64,000 bases of DNA from Candidatus Poribacteria bacterium (GCA_965205025.1 CBDBFU010000002.1:320001-384000); one strand, 5' to 3'; positions 21,098 through 33,627 are shown, counted from the stretch's first letter. Notes: generated by a model from the letters alone, not told the origin. Translations and numbers: made by a program.

Positions 21098-22696
21098 ATG
21101 AAGATTCTTGAGAAGTTATCACCCTTCACAGACCTTGTTCTTTCAACGTTGCCCCCATCTGATCCGCCAAATCCCACGGCAAGAGAAAATCTATATTACG
21201 CATCTTGGATAACCGCTATTTTCGTGATTGTGTGTGGTTATGGTGCGATGAATCACGAAATGTGGCGTGATGAAATCCAAGCATGGCTTCTTGCGAGAGA
21301 CAGCACTTCATTCTTTAACCTCCTTGCCAACATGAAATATGAGGGACATCCTGCTTTTTGGCATCTCTGTTTAATGCCGTTGAGCCGTATATCGGTGTCC
21401 CCTATTATGATGCAGGTGTTTCATCTGCTCATCGCGGCTACCACCGTATTTCTCTTCAATCGTTACGCCCCCTTCAATCGACTACATAAATTCCTTTTTA
21501 GTTTTGGGTATTTTGCATTATACGAATACGGTATTGTGGTTAGGAATTATGCGATCGGTGTAATGCTGATTACTATCTTTTGTGTGCTTTACAATGAACG
21601 GTACAGGCGTTTTATTTGGGTGGGTATTGTCCTCTTTTTAACATGCCACACCAGTGTACATGCCCTGATTGTGGTTATAGCAATCGGATGTGCGTTGTTG
21701 TGTGAATATCTGCTATTTTATTGCTGTAAGGAAGATGTACCGTGGGAGAATAAACACCATGTCTGGATAGGTTTTTCGTTGATTGGTCTCGGTATTGTTA
21801 CTGCTGTTTTACAACTTAATCCACCTGCGGATACGGGTTTCGCTGTGGGATGGAATTTTAATTTTACGGTAGAACGTATGAACAATATCGTGAAAATCAT
21901 AACCAACGCATTACTTCCGTTTACCAAAGCAACGATGGGACATTGGGGAAACATGCAACTCCATAGCTACGGGTTGTTCCAGAAATATCGATTACTGCTC
22001 TGTTATCTGATTATCTTCTGGTGTGTTCTGCGTTTCTTAAAACGTCCTACCTCCTTATTTATCTATCTGATTGCTACGATTGGTCTCCTATCCTTCTTCT
22101 ATGTGAAGTATGGGGGCAGTATGCGTCATCACGGTTTTTTATTCATTACGTTTGTTATGGCAAGTTGGATCTATTATGATGCCCCGGAATTCAAGTTTCC
22201 AGTAGATATTATCAGTGTCTATGCACAACGATGTTTTTCTGCTATATTTATGGTGTTCCTAATTTTCCATTTTATGGGTGGTATGAATTCGCTTTCGATG
22301 GATACACAATATATCTTTTCTAATGGGAAAAGAACGGCAGAATATATCAAAGCCGAGAATATGCAGGATTTACCTATGGTTGGTATTACCGATTTTGCGA
22401 TCAGTACGGTTGTGGGTTATTTAGGGAAAGATCGGATTTATTATCCCCAAGGGAGTCGATACGGTTCATTTGTAAGATGGGATAAGGCACGAACACACGG
22501 TGTTTCTGATACGGAAGTTATTGAGGCTGCAAAGGAGATTAGTGCCGAGAATTCCGAGGATGTGTTGCTTATTTTGAATCGCAATTTGCCTGCGGAATTG
22601 ATTGAAGAGAATTCGCTTACATTTTTGAAGGAATTTACTGGGTCAACAATTGGTGATGAGGGTTTTCGTCTTTATCTATTGAAAGGATCTATGTAG
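21098..22696 (+). CDS. Polytopic membrane protein, GT-C/PMT-like glycosyltransferase candidate
   Basis: About 11 TM segments; HEMWRDEIQAW and YEGHP motifs in the first loop. Confidence 0.6.
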   Translation: MKILEKLSPFTDLVLSTLPPSDPPNPTARENLYYASWITAIFVIVCGYGAMNHEMWRDEIQAWLLARDSTSFFNLLANMKYEGHPAFWHLCLMPLSRISVSPIMMQVFHLLIAATTVFLFNRYAPFNRLHKFLFSFGYFALYEYGIVVRNYAIGVMLITIFCVLYNERYRRFIWVGIVLFLTCHTSVHALIVVIAIGCALLCEYLLFYCCKEDVPWENKHHVWIGFSLIGLGIVTAVLQLNPPADTGFAVGWNFNFTVERMNNIVKIITNALLPFTKATMGHWGNMQLHSYGLFQKYRLLLCYLIIFWCVLRFLKRPTSLFIYLIATIGLLSFFYVKYGGSMRHHGFLFITFVMASWIYYDAPEFKFPVDIISVYAQRCFSAIFMVFLIFHFMGGMNSLSMDTQYIFSNGKRTAEYIKAENMQDLPMVGITDFAISTVVGYLGKDRIYYPQGSRYGSFVRWDKARTHGVSDTEVIEAAKEISAENSEDVLLILNRNLPAELIEENSLTFLKEFTGSTIGDEGFRLYLLKGSM

Positions 22697-22736
22697 TTGT
22701 TAGTTATTGGTTAATATGGTGAATGCGGTTTGTAAC

Positions 22737-22949
22737 CACGGGGAATGCCATAAGGCATTCATACCGTTGATTCATAGGTGTCAATTTTAAACTATGACTT
22801 TTTGGTTTTGAGTCCCGTAGGGACGGAATGTCTATAGAAAAAGGATCAATTAACTAAATGAGTCCCGTAGGGACGGAATGTCTATAGAAGTGGTTATCAC
22901 CAATATACCAAGCCCCGGGGAATGCCATAAGGCATTCATACCGTTGATT
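22737..22949. repeat. Cluster of ~36-bp palindromic mini-elements (CNCGGGGAATGCC-loop-GGCATTCATACCGTTGATT) and GAGTCCCGTAGGGACGGAATG repeats
   Basis: Copies at 22737-22772 and 22914-22949; related copies at 18891, 28651 (minus), 36956, 44217/45475; GAGTCCCGTAGGGAC at 22810, 22860, 45575. Confidence 0.8.
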
Positions 22950-22986
22950 CGCGGGGCGAAAGGTGTATCACATAAAATTGATAGGG

Positions 22987-23787
22987 TTATGAGGTTTCAT
23001 TTCTTGCTTTAGCAAGCTGCGCACGAAGTTGTTCGTTTTCAACTTCCAATGCTTGTAAACGTAAGGCTTCTTCTGATGCCTTCTCTTCCGCTTGGTTTAG
23101 TAGGTTTTCTGCTTCAATGCGAAGATGTTTTTCTTCCAAAAATGTAGTAATCGGTGTTCCATCAGGTAGAGACGGACGTAAAAGTCTAACACCCGTATCT
23201 TGATGTTCCTTCCATCGGAACCAAAGATTCAATGCCTCACTAAATATGCCACCCTCCACATCCGATTCCATCTCTATAATGTCCCCTGAAGGACTACGCT
23301 GCCATCCACAAAATTCTGACGGTTTATCCATTTCAGGTTGGTGAATGAAGTATTCTTGAACGCCTATATCTCTTAGATATACGTCTACTTTTTGATTCCT
23401 ATCATGATGAGCAGTTGCATCAGATAGAAATTCAAAAACAGCCACTGGTGATGCCCCTTCTGCCCATGTATAAAAACTACGCCGTAGAGGATATTTATCT
23501 ACACCAAAAACAACATAAATATCTGGTGCGACAAACTTCGTAATGTCCCCTTCGTGATAGTATACGAAGTTGTCAATCCCAATGTGAATATGAGGGTCAA
23601 TTTCAAAATATCCTAAAAATTGGTGATATAAAGTAGCAATCTGCTCTCCGTGGAATCCGGTTGCTGCCATGGGTTCATCGTCCTCAAAAGGATAGCCTTC
23701 GATATAAACAGTCGGTTTTCCACTGGCTTTTGGAAAAACAGGTATATACTTTTTCTGTTTGATACTGAAATCGTTTAAGGTATCCAT
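22987..23787 (-). CDS. Uma2 (DUF820) family PD-(D/E)xK nuclease-like protein with C-terminal coiled coil
   Basis: VAPDIYVVFG, PVAVFEFLS, GVQEYFIH; likely start MDTLNDF with GGAG RBS. Confidence 0.85.
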   Translation of the reverse strand: MDTLNDFSIKQKKYIPVFPKASGKPTVYIEGYPFEDDEPMAATGFHGEQIATLYHQFLGYFEIDPHIHIGIDNFVYYHEGDITKFVAPDIYVVFGVDKYPLRRSFYTWAEGASPVAVFEFLSDATAHHDRNQKVDVYLRDIGVQEYFIHQPEMDKPSEFCGWQRSPSGDIIEMESDVEGGIFSEALNLWFRWKEHQDTGVRLLRPSLPDGTPITTFLEEKHLRIEAENLLNQAEEKASEEALRLQALEVENEQLRAQLAKARNETS

Positions 23788-23888
23788 GCTTATCTCCACT
23801 GTATATTGGTTTTGGAATATAGTGTACAATAAAATTAATACAACATTTTCTGTTGGCTCAACTTACGTTCGCGTCCCACACCTTTTCT

Positions 23889-23930
23889 GTAGGAGCGACC
23901 TCCTGGTCGCGACCGGGAGGTCGCTCCTAC
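23889..23930. repeat. GTAG-type REP doublet (REPIN-like palindrome); inverted copy at 33471-33513
   Basis: GTAGGAGCGACCTCCTGGTCGCGACCGGGAGGTCGCTCCTAC. Confidence 0.8.
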
Positions 23931-23948
23931 AAGCAAAGTGTGTAATTA

Positions 23949-24071
23949 TAGTAAAATTCATAATTACTTGAACACAATGGTAGGTTCGGTTTCCTAACCG
24001 AACCTATGTCCAATCGTGCGGTTAGAAACCGCACCTACCAGGGAGTGTAAACATATTTTTGGATTTCACTA
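23949..24071. mobile_element. MITE with IS630-like ends, TA duplication, carrying a REP pair
   Basis: Ends TAGTAAAATTC / GATTTCACTA flanked by TA; the empty homologous site is present (inverted) at ~33436-33470. Confidence 0.75.
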
Positions 24072-24153
24072 TAAATCTAAAGTTTACTATTAACGTATTT
24101 TAACCGAATATACACATTTTTTCAAACACAATTGGTTATACTTTGCAGAATTA

Positions 24154-24181
24154 TGCAACCGTTTTCCTCCTAAGTCGCGTC
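24154..24181 (+). promoter_or_regulatory. ECF-type promoter of fusion gene 1 (TGCAAC-N18-CGTC)
   Basis: Homologous motif upstream of all nine ECF genes (33767, 37142, 40543, 46005, 49437, 54034, 57280, 60316). Confidence 0.75.
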
Positions 24182-24229
24182 ATAAGGGTTCAATATCATT
24201 TTTGAACCTATTCTCTCTGGAGGTATCCG

Positions 24230-27211
24230 ATGAAACACACCGATGTTGAACTGATCCAATACACCCTTGCTGGTGATGAAACCGCTTTCGCAGAACTTGT
24301 GAAAAGGCATCAAAAGCCTGTTCATACATTGGCTTGGCGTAAAATCGGGGATTTTCAGATCGCTGAAGAAATTACACAGGACACCTTCCTGAAAGTATAT
24401 CAAAGATTGCACACCCTGAAAGACCCAAACCAGTTTTCTGGTTGGCTTTATGTGATTGCGACACGCCGTTGCTACGCTTGGCTCCGCAAAAAACGGATAC
24501 GTACCGATCCGTTGGAGGATGTAGATACCACAATGATACACAAAGATGCTTATTCACACCATGTCATAGAAGACAGGAGAAATTCTGCTATTGATGCGCA
24601 CCGCGAAGCCGTCAAAAAACTCCTCGCAAAGCTGAAAGAGAGTGAACGGACTGTGATGACGCTCCACTATCTCGGTGAAATGACTGTTGAGGAGATAAGC
24701 AAGTTTATTGGGGTGTCCGCGGGGACAATCAAGAGTCGATTGCAACGTGCGCGAAACCGACTCCAAAAGGAGGAAACAATGATTAGAGAAGCACTCGAAC
24801 ATTTCCAAATATCACCAAACCTGACAGATAACATTATGCAAGAGGTACATCGTCTTAAACCTACACCTACCGGGAGTAAACCGCTTATCCCGTGGGCAGT
24901 TGCTGCGTCTACCGCTGTTTTGATTGCATTGATGTTGGGGATAGGAAGTCAACACTTAGCACGTTTCCAGCAACCCTATAATTTGGAAGCACAATCCGAG
25001 ATGTCAGTTGAACTCGTTGAGGCACCTATTGTGCCAATACTTGAGATGGAACCGGATGTACGACGCCAGATTGGAAATACGAATGCTGTTGGTAAGAGTA
25101 ATAGACCGAAACAAAACCCTGATGAGGTATTATTTGCTTCCACACAAGTACAAGGAGAAAATATGTCTAACCAAAAACAACAATGGATTCATGCAAAACG
25201 GGTGAAAGGCGCTCCAGCCATGAACCTGAGCACTACACCTGATGGGGATCTCTATGCTTTCTTAAATTTTCTTTCTGTCTATAGACAATCTAAAGATACA
25301 AATACATGGCAACATCTCTCCAGCATAAACAAACTAAGAACTAATTGGGGAGGCGATCCATCAATAGTGAAGTGGAACAATACTTTGTATTTCAGTATAT
25401 CCAATAATTTTTATTCTTCTACGAATAACGGTGAAACTTGGGATTTACTCTATTCTTGGAAAAACGGAGAAAACGTGTTCCCACTTAACGACTACGAGTT
25501 TCCAATTAAATTCATTATAACAGAGCAAGCTTTTTACCTTGCTTTTAGGAATGGTGTTTTCCAGTCTGATGACAACGGCAAAACATGGAAAAATATTAGC
25601 GTTGGATTGAAGGGAAGATCTGTACATTTTATTAACTCATTTATTAATATCCAGAACACGGTCTTTGTTGGAGCTAACGATGGTTGCTACCGTTACAATG
25701 GTAATGAATGGGAACGCTTGGAATTCCCAAGCAAAGTTTTCAGTGTTGTTTCAACTGCAGCAGATGCGGGGAAACTCTATGTTATGGCGGAGTTGAATTG
25801 GTGGAAAGCCGATCAAGAGTTCAAACGTACTTGGGGAATATTCCGATCAACTGACCTCGGAGATTCATGGGTAGATATTACACCTACACATGCTTGGCAA
25901 TTAGATGGTGATCGTCCAAATTTAGTATTAATTGCTGTAGGTGAAACACTTTTGGCAATGGAGCATGGAATGGTACGTTCGTTGGATAGTGGGGACACAT
26001 GGCTGAGTCCTCAAACACAAGACACATCACCACAAATGGGTAATCTTTCCCCAGTTGCAGTCATGAATGACCAGACTATTTATGTTGGCAGCGGGGACGG
26101 TCTATATTCTTCCACTGATCTCGGTGAATCGTGGCACAAGGCGAACATAAGGCAAAATGGAGGAAGTATATATGATCTTATTGCATTAAAAAAGGCTGAT
26201 AAAGGTCAAACTAACCCTTCGTCGCTCTATGCAATAGTAGAGGGAGAAACAAATTCGTCAAATGACATACAAAAAACAGATGATAGCGGGAATTCTTGGA
26301 AACGCGTCCAAATTGCGAAACCAATGACAGATCCTATCAGAAGGGTAACTCCGGATTTTACCCACATTTTAAAATCAGGGGAAGTTCTTTATGCCAAGGG
26401 AAAGGATGGTATTGGCGATGTTAATAAAGTGTATATACATCGTGTATCCAATGATAGTAAAACGATTGAACGGATTCAAGGGATGCCGACTTTCAGTTCG
26501 GAAGGGTTAGATGATAAGTTTTCTGAAGAAGAAGTTCATGGCGGAACTCAGTTTTTTAAACAGTTGACACAACCGAATTACGAAAAGGGTAGTAAGCCTC
26601 GAAAAAACCTTATAAAGCAAGGGTTACGCGGACCGTTTGCTGTTGATAAAGACACATACTACATTGAATTCAACTTTAAGCTCTTCCGGTGGAAGATGGG
26701 GGATACAGAATTGTATGACACGGAACAGGAAGAAACAATTGAATTGAGTGAGGACACAATAAAGAAAGATCTCAAACTTGCGGTTTCAGGAAACACTGTC
26801 TACGTAGGAAAACGGGATGGACATTTCGTTGTATCGTTTGATAGGGCAACTAATTGGATTGATTTCACACCGGCACTACCATTTGCTGTTAATGACTATA
26901 AACAGATTTTGGTTGCTGGAACTACTGTATATGTAGCAACGGACGCTGGCATGATTACATCTGATGATGGAAGAAGTTGGAATACCATCACCGATGCAGT
27001 AGGAGATAATCTCATAATGGAACACTTAGCAAATGATGGAAATGCATTGTATGGTACTACAGAGAAGTCCGGTATCTATCGCTTAGAAAATGGCAGTTGG
27101 AATCAGATTGTATCTGAAATACCAGACAGTATAACTTCTATGGCTGTTGATGGAAATACCTTATACGTAGGCACACGCAACCAAGGCATGCTTCACTATA
27201 CTTTTGAATAG
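24230..27211 (+). CDS. ECF sigma factor - TM - BNR/Asp-box beta-propeller fusion (#1)
   Basis: sigma2 (AEEITQDTF, FSGWL), sigma4 (GTIKSRLQRAR), TM after KPLIPW, repeated SxDxGxTW motifs. Confidence 0.9.
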   Translation: MKHTDVELIQYTLAGDETAFAELVKRHQKPVHTLAWRKIGDFQIAEEITQDTFLKVYQRLHTLKDPNQFSGWLYVIATRRCYAWLRKKRIRTDPLEDVDTTMIHKDAYSHHVIEDRRNSAIDAHREAVKKLLAKLKESERTVMTLHYLGEMTVEEISKFIGVSAGTIKSRLQRARNRLQKEETMIREALEHFQISPNLTDNIMQEVHRLKPTPTGSKPLIPWAVAASTAVLIALMLGIGSQHLARFQQPYNLEAQSEMSVELVEAPIVPILEMEPDVRRQIGNTNAVGKSNRPKQNPDEVLFASTQVQGENMSNQKQQWIHAKRVKGAPAMNLSTTPDGDLYAFLNFLSVYRQSKDTNTWQHLSSINKLRTNWGGDPSIVKWNNTLYFSISNNFYSSTNNGETWDLLYSWKNGENVFPLNDYEFPIKFIITEQAFYLAFRNGVFQSDDNGKTWKNISVGLKGRSVHFINSFINIQNTVFVGANDGCYRYNGNEWERLEFPSKVFSVVSTAADAGKLYVMAELNWWKADQEFKRTWGIFRSTDLGDSWVDITPTHAWQLDGDRPNLVLIAVGETLLAMEHGMVRSLDSGDTWLSPQTQDTSPQMGNLSPVAVMNDQTIYVGSGDGLYSSTDLGESWHKANIRQNGGSIYDLIALKKADKGQTNPSSLYAIVEGETNSSNDIQKTDDSGNSWKRVQIAKPMTDPIRRVTPDFTHILKSGEVLYAKGKDGIGDVNKVYIHRVSNDSKTIERIQGMPTFSSEGLDDKFSEEEVHGGTQFFKQLTQPNYEKGSKPRKNLIKQGLRGPFAVDKDTYYIEFNFKLFRWKMGDTELYDTEQEETIELSEDTIKKDLKLAVSGNTVYVGKRDGHFVVSFDRATNWIDFTPALPFAVNDYKQILVAGTTVYVATDAGMITSDDGRSWNTITDAVGDNLIMEHLANDGNALYGTTEKSGIYRLENGSWNQIVSEIPDSITSMAVDGNTLYVGTRNQGMLHYTFE

Positions 27212-27305
27212 CATTTAATACCTTCAAGTATTTACATACAAACACTATTTTATGTAACGTGAAGAGGAACTGCATAAGTCCTGATTGAATCTAACTATAA
27301 GCTCT

Positions 27306-28358
27306 TCAGAAGGTAACATCATCTAACCTTGAGGATTTAAGCACTTCCTCAAAAAGCGAGTCAAGTTGAACAAGATCATTGATCTGTCTTACTTTATTAG
27401 CAAAACTGTCGGGAACTTCATTAAACTTATGTTGGCTCAGTCTGATTACAGAGTTCTGCTTCTCCTGAATTATGCCCTGCATCACGCCTTTTTCTATAAG
27501 TAATTCGGCACTTGTCATAACCATATCTTGTACCTCTTTGTCTTGTATATGCGTCTGCATAACTTCTAATAAATCTGTCCGATCTTCCGATGGACGACGA
27601 AAAAATATTAACTGATATAGATACAATAGTACATTCTGATACTGCGATACAGATACTGAATCTAAACTTTGAATATATGCTAATGCCTTATTTAATGCAT
27701 TCCGAATAGTTGATGTGTCAGCATCCTCTTGTTGAATAACCTGCAACAACCATCCTAACGGATTACCTGTTTTCGTTAGATCCCTAACATCCACATCCTT
27801 CACACCGAGGAATAATGTATCAAACTTCGGTACAAATGGCGTAAACAAGGATGGCACTTCCATCGCTGTTGTAAGAGATATAGGCGTCTTCCATTTTTGA
27901 GAACCCGTATAATAAACGATTGGAAGGATTGGACGCAATCGCCATTCACTTCTTGGTATGTCTGATGCCTCTAATTCCCGTCTTTGACCATCCCAAATTT
28001 GACACATATAAAACAATACACGGAATGCCATCATCCGATCAACCGTGGATTGATGTTCTATTAGAATATAGATCAACAATTCTTCAGTGGTTTTTTCACT
28101 TTCGAAAGGAACACTGAAAATCATATCAGATTCTAATTCTTTTAGTGAGTCAGAAATATAACTCCTATTCAGTTCAGTGAGTCTACTAAAATCAAGATAT
28201 TCCACTAATTCACTTGCGACAATCTCCACTAATCCACGCACATTCTCTTTTTCAGTAAATAACCACCGAGCACTCCTATCTGGATAATGTGCTGGAGAGA
28301 TATCAAAAAGACTGCGTATTTCTTGTAATAGTTTATCCTGCTTATCTTCTTCTTTCAG
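27306..28358 (-). CDS. Rpn/YhgA-like (Transposase_31, PD-(D/E)xK) recombination-promoting nuclease; probable CTG start
   Basis: ELESDMIFSV, ILIEHQS, ILPIVYYTG; frame extends upstream to a CTG at 28358 with GGAGG 6 nt before. Confidence 0.8.
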   Translation of the reverse strand: MKEEDKQDKLLQEIRSLFDISPAHYPDRSARWLFTEKENVRGLVEIVASELVEYLDFSRLTELNRSYISDSLKELESDMIFSVPFESEKTTEELLIYILIEHQSTVDRMMAFRVLFYMCQIWDGQRRELEASDIPRSEWRLRPILPIVYYTGSQKWKTPISLTTAMEVPSLFTPFVPKFDTLFLGVKDVDVRDLTKTGNPLGWLLQVIQQEDADTSTIRNALNKALAYIQSLDSVSVSQYQNVLLYLYQLIFFRRPSEDRTDLLEVMQTHIQDKEVQDMVMTSAELLIEKGVMQGIIQEKQNSVIRLSQHKFNEVPDSFANKVRQINDLVQLDSLFEEVLKSSRLDDVTF

Positions 28359-28608
28359 TATTTTCCTCCAAATACGGATGTTATTTTATAAATTAACATA
28401 ATTGGTACAGAATGTCAAACTGATCTATAGCTGGGGGTGTGTAAACTTTTTGTCACCATAGGTATTATTTTACTCATTAGTCTCTTCTGTAGGAGGGAAC
28501 TCCGATTCCCGACTCTTCTCTTCCTCTTCGTAGGGGCGGGGTCTCCCCGCCCGATATTTGTATCGCAATCTTCATCCAGATTGTGTCTTGCGGTATAGCA
28601 CAAACTAA

Positions 28609-28751
28609 ATGAAGATTAAAATAATAATTCGGTAATGTGTTAGAAATTCGAATCAACGGTATGAATGCTATTTAGCATTCCCCGTGGTTAGGAAACCGAA
28701 CCTACCGAGTTTGGAAAATAGGAATTACCGAATTTAAAACTTAATCCTCAT
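28609..28751. mobile_element. MITE-B (143 bp), non-autonomous derivative of the IS at 44232
   Basis: Ends ATGAAGATTAAAATAATAATTCGGTAA / TTACCGAATTTAAAACTTAATCCTCAT match the IS TIR; inverted copy at 36890-37033. Confidence 0.85.
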
Positions 28752-28920
28752 ACAGTTTGTGCTACAAAATTGACACATATAGAGACAAATTATTTACATA
28801 CCCTATTGATTTAATAGCCGTAAAGGTGTATCCTTATATAAGTAAAGTATCACTCCGTTCAATTCAACACACTAACGTTTTGCACAATAGCATTCTAATA
28901 AACATTTGAGGTATCTCTTT

Positions 28921-31900
28921 ATGGTAAATCATAAATTATATATCTTCTCAACCGTAACGATCTTTTTCATGTTAGGTGTTTTCATAGGTGTCCTTGAAGC
29001 GGGACAAGCCGATGAGACGATAATTGATGAAGAACAAGCAATTATTCAGGAATTTGTTAAGAAAGCACAAGAATACGTGGAGCTTAATCAGATTAAGGAA
29101 GCAATAGAAATCTACGAGAGAATAGTCATTTCAGACCCAGAAAACCAAGATATTCGATTAGAACTTGCAAGACTCTATAAGGTGACATATCAGTACGAAA
29201 AAGCTATCGGAATTTGGAATGAATTGCTTGAAAGTGAACCACGAAACAGAGAATATCAAGAACAACTATTTAATAGTTTACAGGATGCTGGTAAAAGTAG
29301 TGAAGCGTTTGAACTCGCACAAGCATATAGTAAAACACAACCAGAAGTCGGTTTCTATTATACGCAACTCGCAGGACTCTATGCTGATGAAGATAATATA
29401 GATGCAGCTATAACCAACTATGAAAAAGCAATTGAATTCTCAGACGGTAGTGTAACAACATGTTTCATTCTTGCGAGATTATATTTTCTAAAAGAGGACT
29501 TCAAAGCTTCTGAAAAAGCACTGAAGACCGCTATGCTATACGCATCATCAGAGTGGGAACAGAGTAGAATTCAACAGCAATTGATTAACCTATATCGGCA
29601 TCAAGGAAATATAGCACAGGCGGCACAAAAGGTTGAAAATAATGACATTACATTCGATTTACAGAGAGAATATGCACGACTTCTTTTAACAACAGGGGAA
29701 TTGGAAAAATCTGTAAATGCTTTCAAAAAAGCTCTTGAAATGACCACCGATTCTTATGATATAAATAGGGTTACCGAAGAACTGATCAAGGTATATATTA
29801 AACAAGGTAGAACCGACTTAGCATTGGATTTCTTTGATGCTGAATCATCAAAACATCCCAGAACAGAAATCGCGGAAAGATATTATAGTTCAAACTACGT
29901 TACAGTGGAATTTCATCATGATTACGCACGCGAAATACTCATAAATGCCTATAAAGATCAAGGGGAATTTGAGAGTTTGAGAAACCTCTTCATAGAGAGA
30001 ATTGAAGAGGAAGCAGACAATCCAACTAACTTAGAAATGTTGGCTGATATTTATTGGAACTCCTACCATTATCCTCAAGCAGCTAATACTTACCTTAAAC
30101 TCAGTAAAGCCGAACCTTACAATATACGAAGTTTTTACCTCGCAGCCGCTGCATTCCAGAGTAGTGACGAACCTGATATGGTGAAAAAGGTATTGGCAGA
30201 AGCGGATAACGCTCTTGCAACCAGTCAATATAGGAATGATTGGTTATACATCGGTTCTCTTGCCACAATATGTCGGGACAGAAATTTGTATGACCACGCA
30301 ATAAAACTCTCTAATGAGGCTATTAACATATTAAAGGAATCGGAAAACGAATGGACTCTCAGGTATATGTACGAAATACTTGCCAAGATTTATCTTGATG
30401 TCAAACGTTATGAGGATGCTTTTTTAGCAATATCATGAAATGGCGAATGCTACAACAAACAGCTATACGCGACAAAGAGCAGCAAGAGGAATGAGAGAAA
30501 TCGCTAAAGTTGCAAATGTATATGAAAAATTGATACCAGAGCAACTTAGACAGCTTCAGCAAAATCCTAACGATCCCGATCTAATCCTAAAACTCGCTGA
30601 AAGCTACCAATTATCTAATAAATATAATGAAGCAGTTGAACAATATGAAAAACTCACTATGCTCCAACCTGACGAATCTCAGTGGTACAAGCATTTAGGG
30701 GACCTGTATCAACACGTTGCGATAGAGAAAAATAACACAGACGAAGTAATTGAAGATACGGCACTTTCTCTCGGGGGAAATCTGAGTTATGTTGAAATCA
30801 AAGACAGTGAAACTATAGACAATACTACCCAACAGTTAACTGTGTCAACATGGGTAAAACCTACCGTTTTTCCGAATAGATATACCCCAATAATTTTTAA
30901 AGGTGATGAATGGGATGACAACTTTGAAAAACGCAGTTATCTCCTTAATCTTATGGACACTGGTGCCATTCAATTTTCTGCCTCTCCAGCAATGACACCT
31001 GATGTTTCTATCTATTCCCCTGCCGGATCCGTCAAACTCAACACATGGACACATATTGCAGGTGTCATTGATACAAAAAACGACCTTCAAAAGCTATTTA
31101 TTAACGGTGTTGAAGTAAGTCGTAGTCATTTCAAAGGAAAGGCCAGTATTCATAAAAGCCGTCTACCCCTTCGTATCGGATGGACACATGAGGCAGACCA
31201 TCCTTGGCACGCATCTTTTATTGGACAAATTGATGATGTACGGGTTTGGAACATTGCACGTACTGAATCCGAAATTCAATCTGATATGAACACTCAACTC
31301 AAGGGAGATGAGGACGGCTTAGTCGGATATTGGAAATTTAATGAAATAATCGAAGAAAAAATAGCAGATGTTTCACCTAATAGAAATGTTGGTAATACCG
31401 TTGGAAATGTAAAACTTGAACAGTATACACGACCAATTATAAAGTCATTACAGAAGGGAACAGATGGCAAAATCTATTGAGGCTTATGAAAAGGCGATCA
31501 CACTTGAGCCTACTTTGTATGAACACTATGACTTGTTAGCACAATCCTTTGCAAGAAGTGGACACACTTCAGAAGGCTGAAAGCCGTATATCGACGCACA
31601 TTGGACACACCTCTAAAACAGTATGAGTACGATTCAGCAATCATGGCTATTTCTAACCTTTATTCTGACGAGAGCCAAGAAAATAAACGACTCGCTTTGC
31701 TTGAAGAAATAAAACCGAAAATGGAAAATAGTGCTACACTTCATATTCTCTTAGGTGACCTGTATAAAAAAGCAGATGAAACCGAAAAGGCAGAACAGCA
31801 TTATGCTGAATGGTTGAAAATACGGGAGAGAGAACTTAACAACGAACAGGAAGCAAGGGTATTACACGATTTTGCTGAAGAACTCCTTGATAAAGAACTC

Positions 31901-33396
31901 TTTCCAGAAACTGCCTTAAAATTTGCTAAACGTGCATTCCATAAAAACACCGGTTCAGATTATATCTATTCAGATACAATCGGACAAGCGTGTATGGCAA
32001 ACGGGTCATTTGGTGAAGCACTCAAGTATTACAGTTATGCGATAGGCAGTAAATCCTCTGTATATGCATCGGAAAGAGTTTGGAAAAAAATTATTGAGGA
32101 AGGAAAGAAATACAAAGAGGATGAACAGTTCATATACATGCTTGATGTCTTACTCGATTCTATCCCTCAGGTAGAAATTAGTAATCGGGCAAATGCACAC
32201 CGTATGATCGCACAATTCTATGGCAAGCAAGGGATGCAATGAAAAATCAGAATACTATACTTTAAAAGGTGGGTTCATCCCTGAAAATCGATGGTTAATT
32301 TTGGGACCATTTGAAAGTATATTTGGATTCGGTCATTCAAACGCATATATCCCTGAAGAGGTGACACAGATTGACACAACAGCAAAATACTATGGTAAGA
32401 ATGAACTTATAAGTTGGGAAAAATCAAACATATCAGTTGTTAGATGGAAGTTATTATATTCACGGTAACAATGATTCAAGCGCTGCATATTTTTGGGCTA
32501 CTGTTATCTCCCCTGATGAACGGGATGTTAATATTCGGTTTGACAGTGACGATATGGGAACCATTTGGTTAAACGGGAAACAGATTTTTAAACATGACAG
32601 AGCCAGTGGTACGCAACTTGATCGGTATACCATACCTTGTACACTAAAGCAGGGAGAAAACACAATCTTACTCAAAGTATGCCAATCAACACAAAGTTGG
32701 GAATTCTACTTCCGCTTTACAGATGCAGACGGTATTCCGTTTAAAGATCTCAAATATAAAACAGCAGATGAGTTGTTGATCGCTACACCTCCTGAACCTA
32801 CATTTCATCTGAATAGTATGCTTGGTATGATTGAATATTATAGTAAAAACGACATGCAGGATAAAGCGATGGCACTGATCCAACAAACTGGACTTATTCA
32901 TGAACATTTCTGGCTAACTCTCGGACCGTTCGATAACACAGAAGGGATTGCATACAATACAGAGTATATCCCCGAAAACACACCGAATATTGACATGACT
33001 GCAGAATATGAAGGCGTAAACGGACAGATAAGTTGGGAAAAATTTACGGATGCTGTGTTCGACGGTTTTATTGATTTCGGAAAAGATATTAATTGGTCTG
33101 CTTCCTACGCATTGGCAACTGTAACCTCCCCTGATGCACGAGAAGTCCAATTCCGAGTCGGAAATGATGACCAAGCGAAAATATGGTTAAATGGCAAACA
33201 AGTGTATGCTAACACAATTGAAGGATGGGCAATTGTTGACAACAACATTTTTCCTGTCAAACTCAAAGCAGGTAAAAACACTATCCTTATCAAGGTGTGT
33301 AATGCGAAACGTGAATGGGGATTCTATCTAAGGATTACGGATACTGATGGAAAACCATTTAGCGATTTGACTTTTGACACTTTTCAGGATAATTAA
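28921..33396 (+). CDS. Large secreted TPR + LamG/concanavalin + duplicated beta-sandwich protein, split into 5 ORFs by probable +1 errors
   Basis: Signal peptide, many TPRs, LamG (WTHIAGV, FIGQIDDVRVWN, GLVGYWKF), two WLxLGPF...DD..IWLNG...WGFY domains; frames rejoin on removing single bases. Confidence 0.75.
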
Positions 33397-33627
33397 ATCA
33401 TGTTCTGTATATTCCCACCGAAAAATATTGCTTATATACTAAACTTTAGATTTAATCAGACACTTTACTTGTAGGAGCGACCTCCCGGTCGCGACCAGGG
33501 AGGTCGCTCCTACAGAAGAAGGTGGGACGCAAACATAAGATGTATACATTCCCGTCCAAACAGAAATCTAATTCTGCCTACATTCCTCCGCATAACAATA
33601 ATCTGAAATATAATCCTCCTTATGTAA

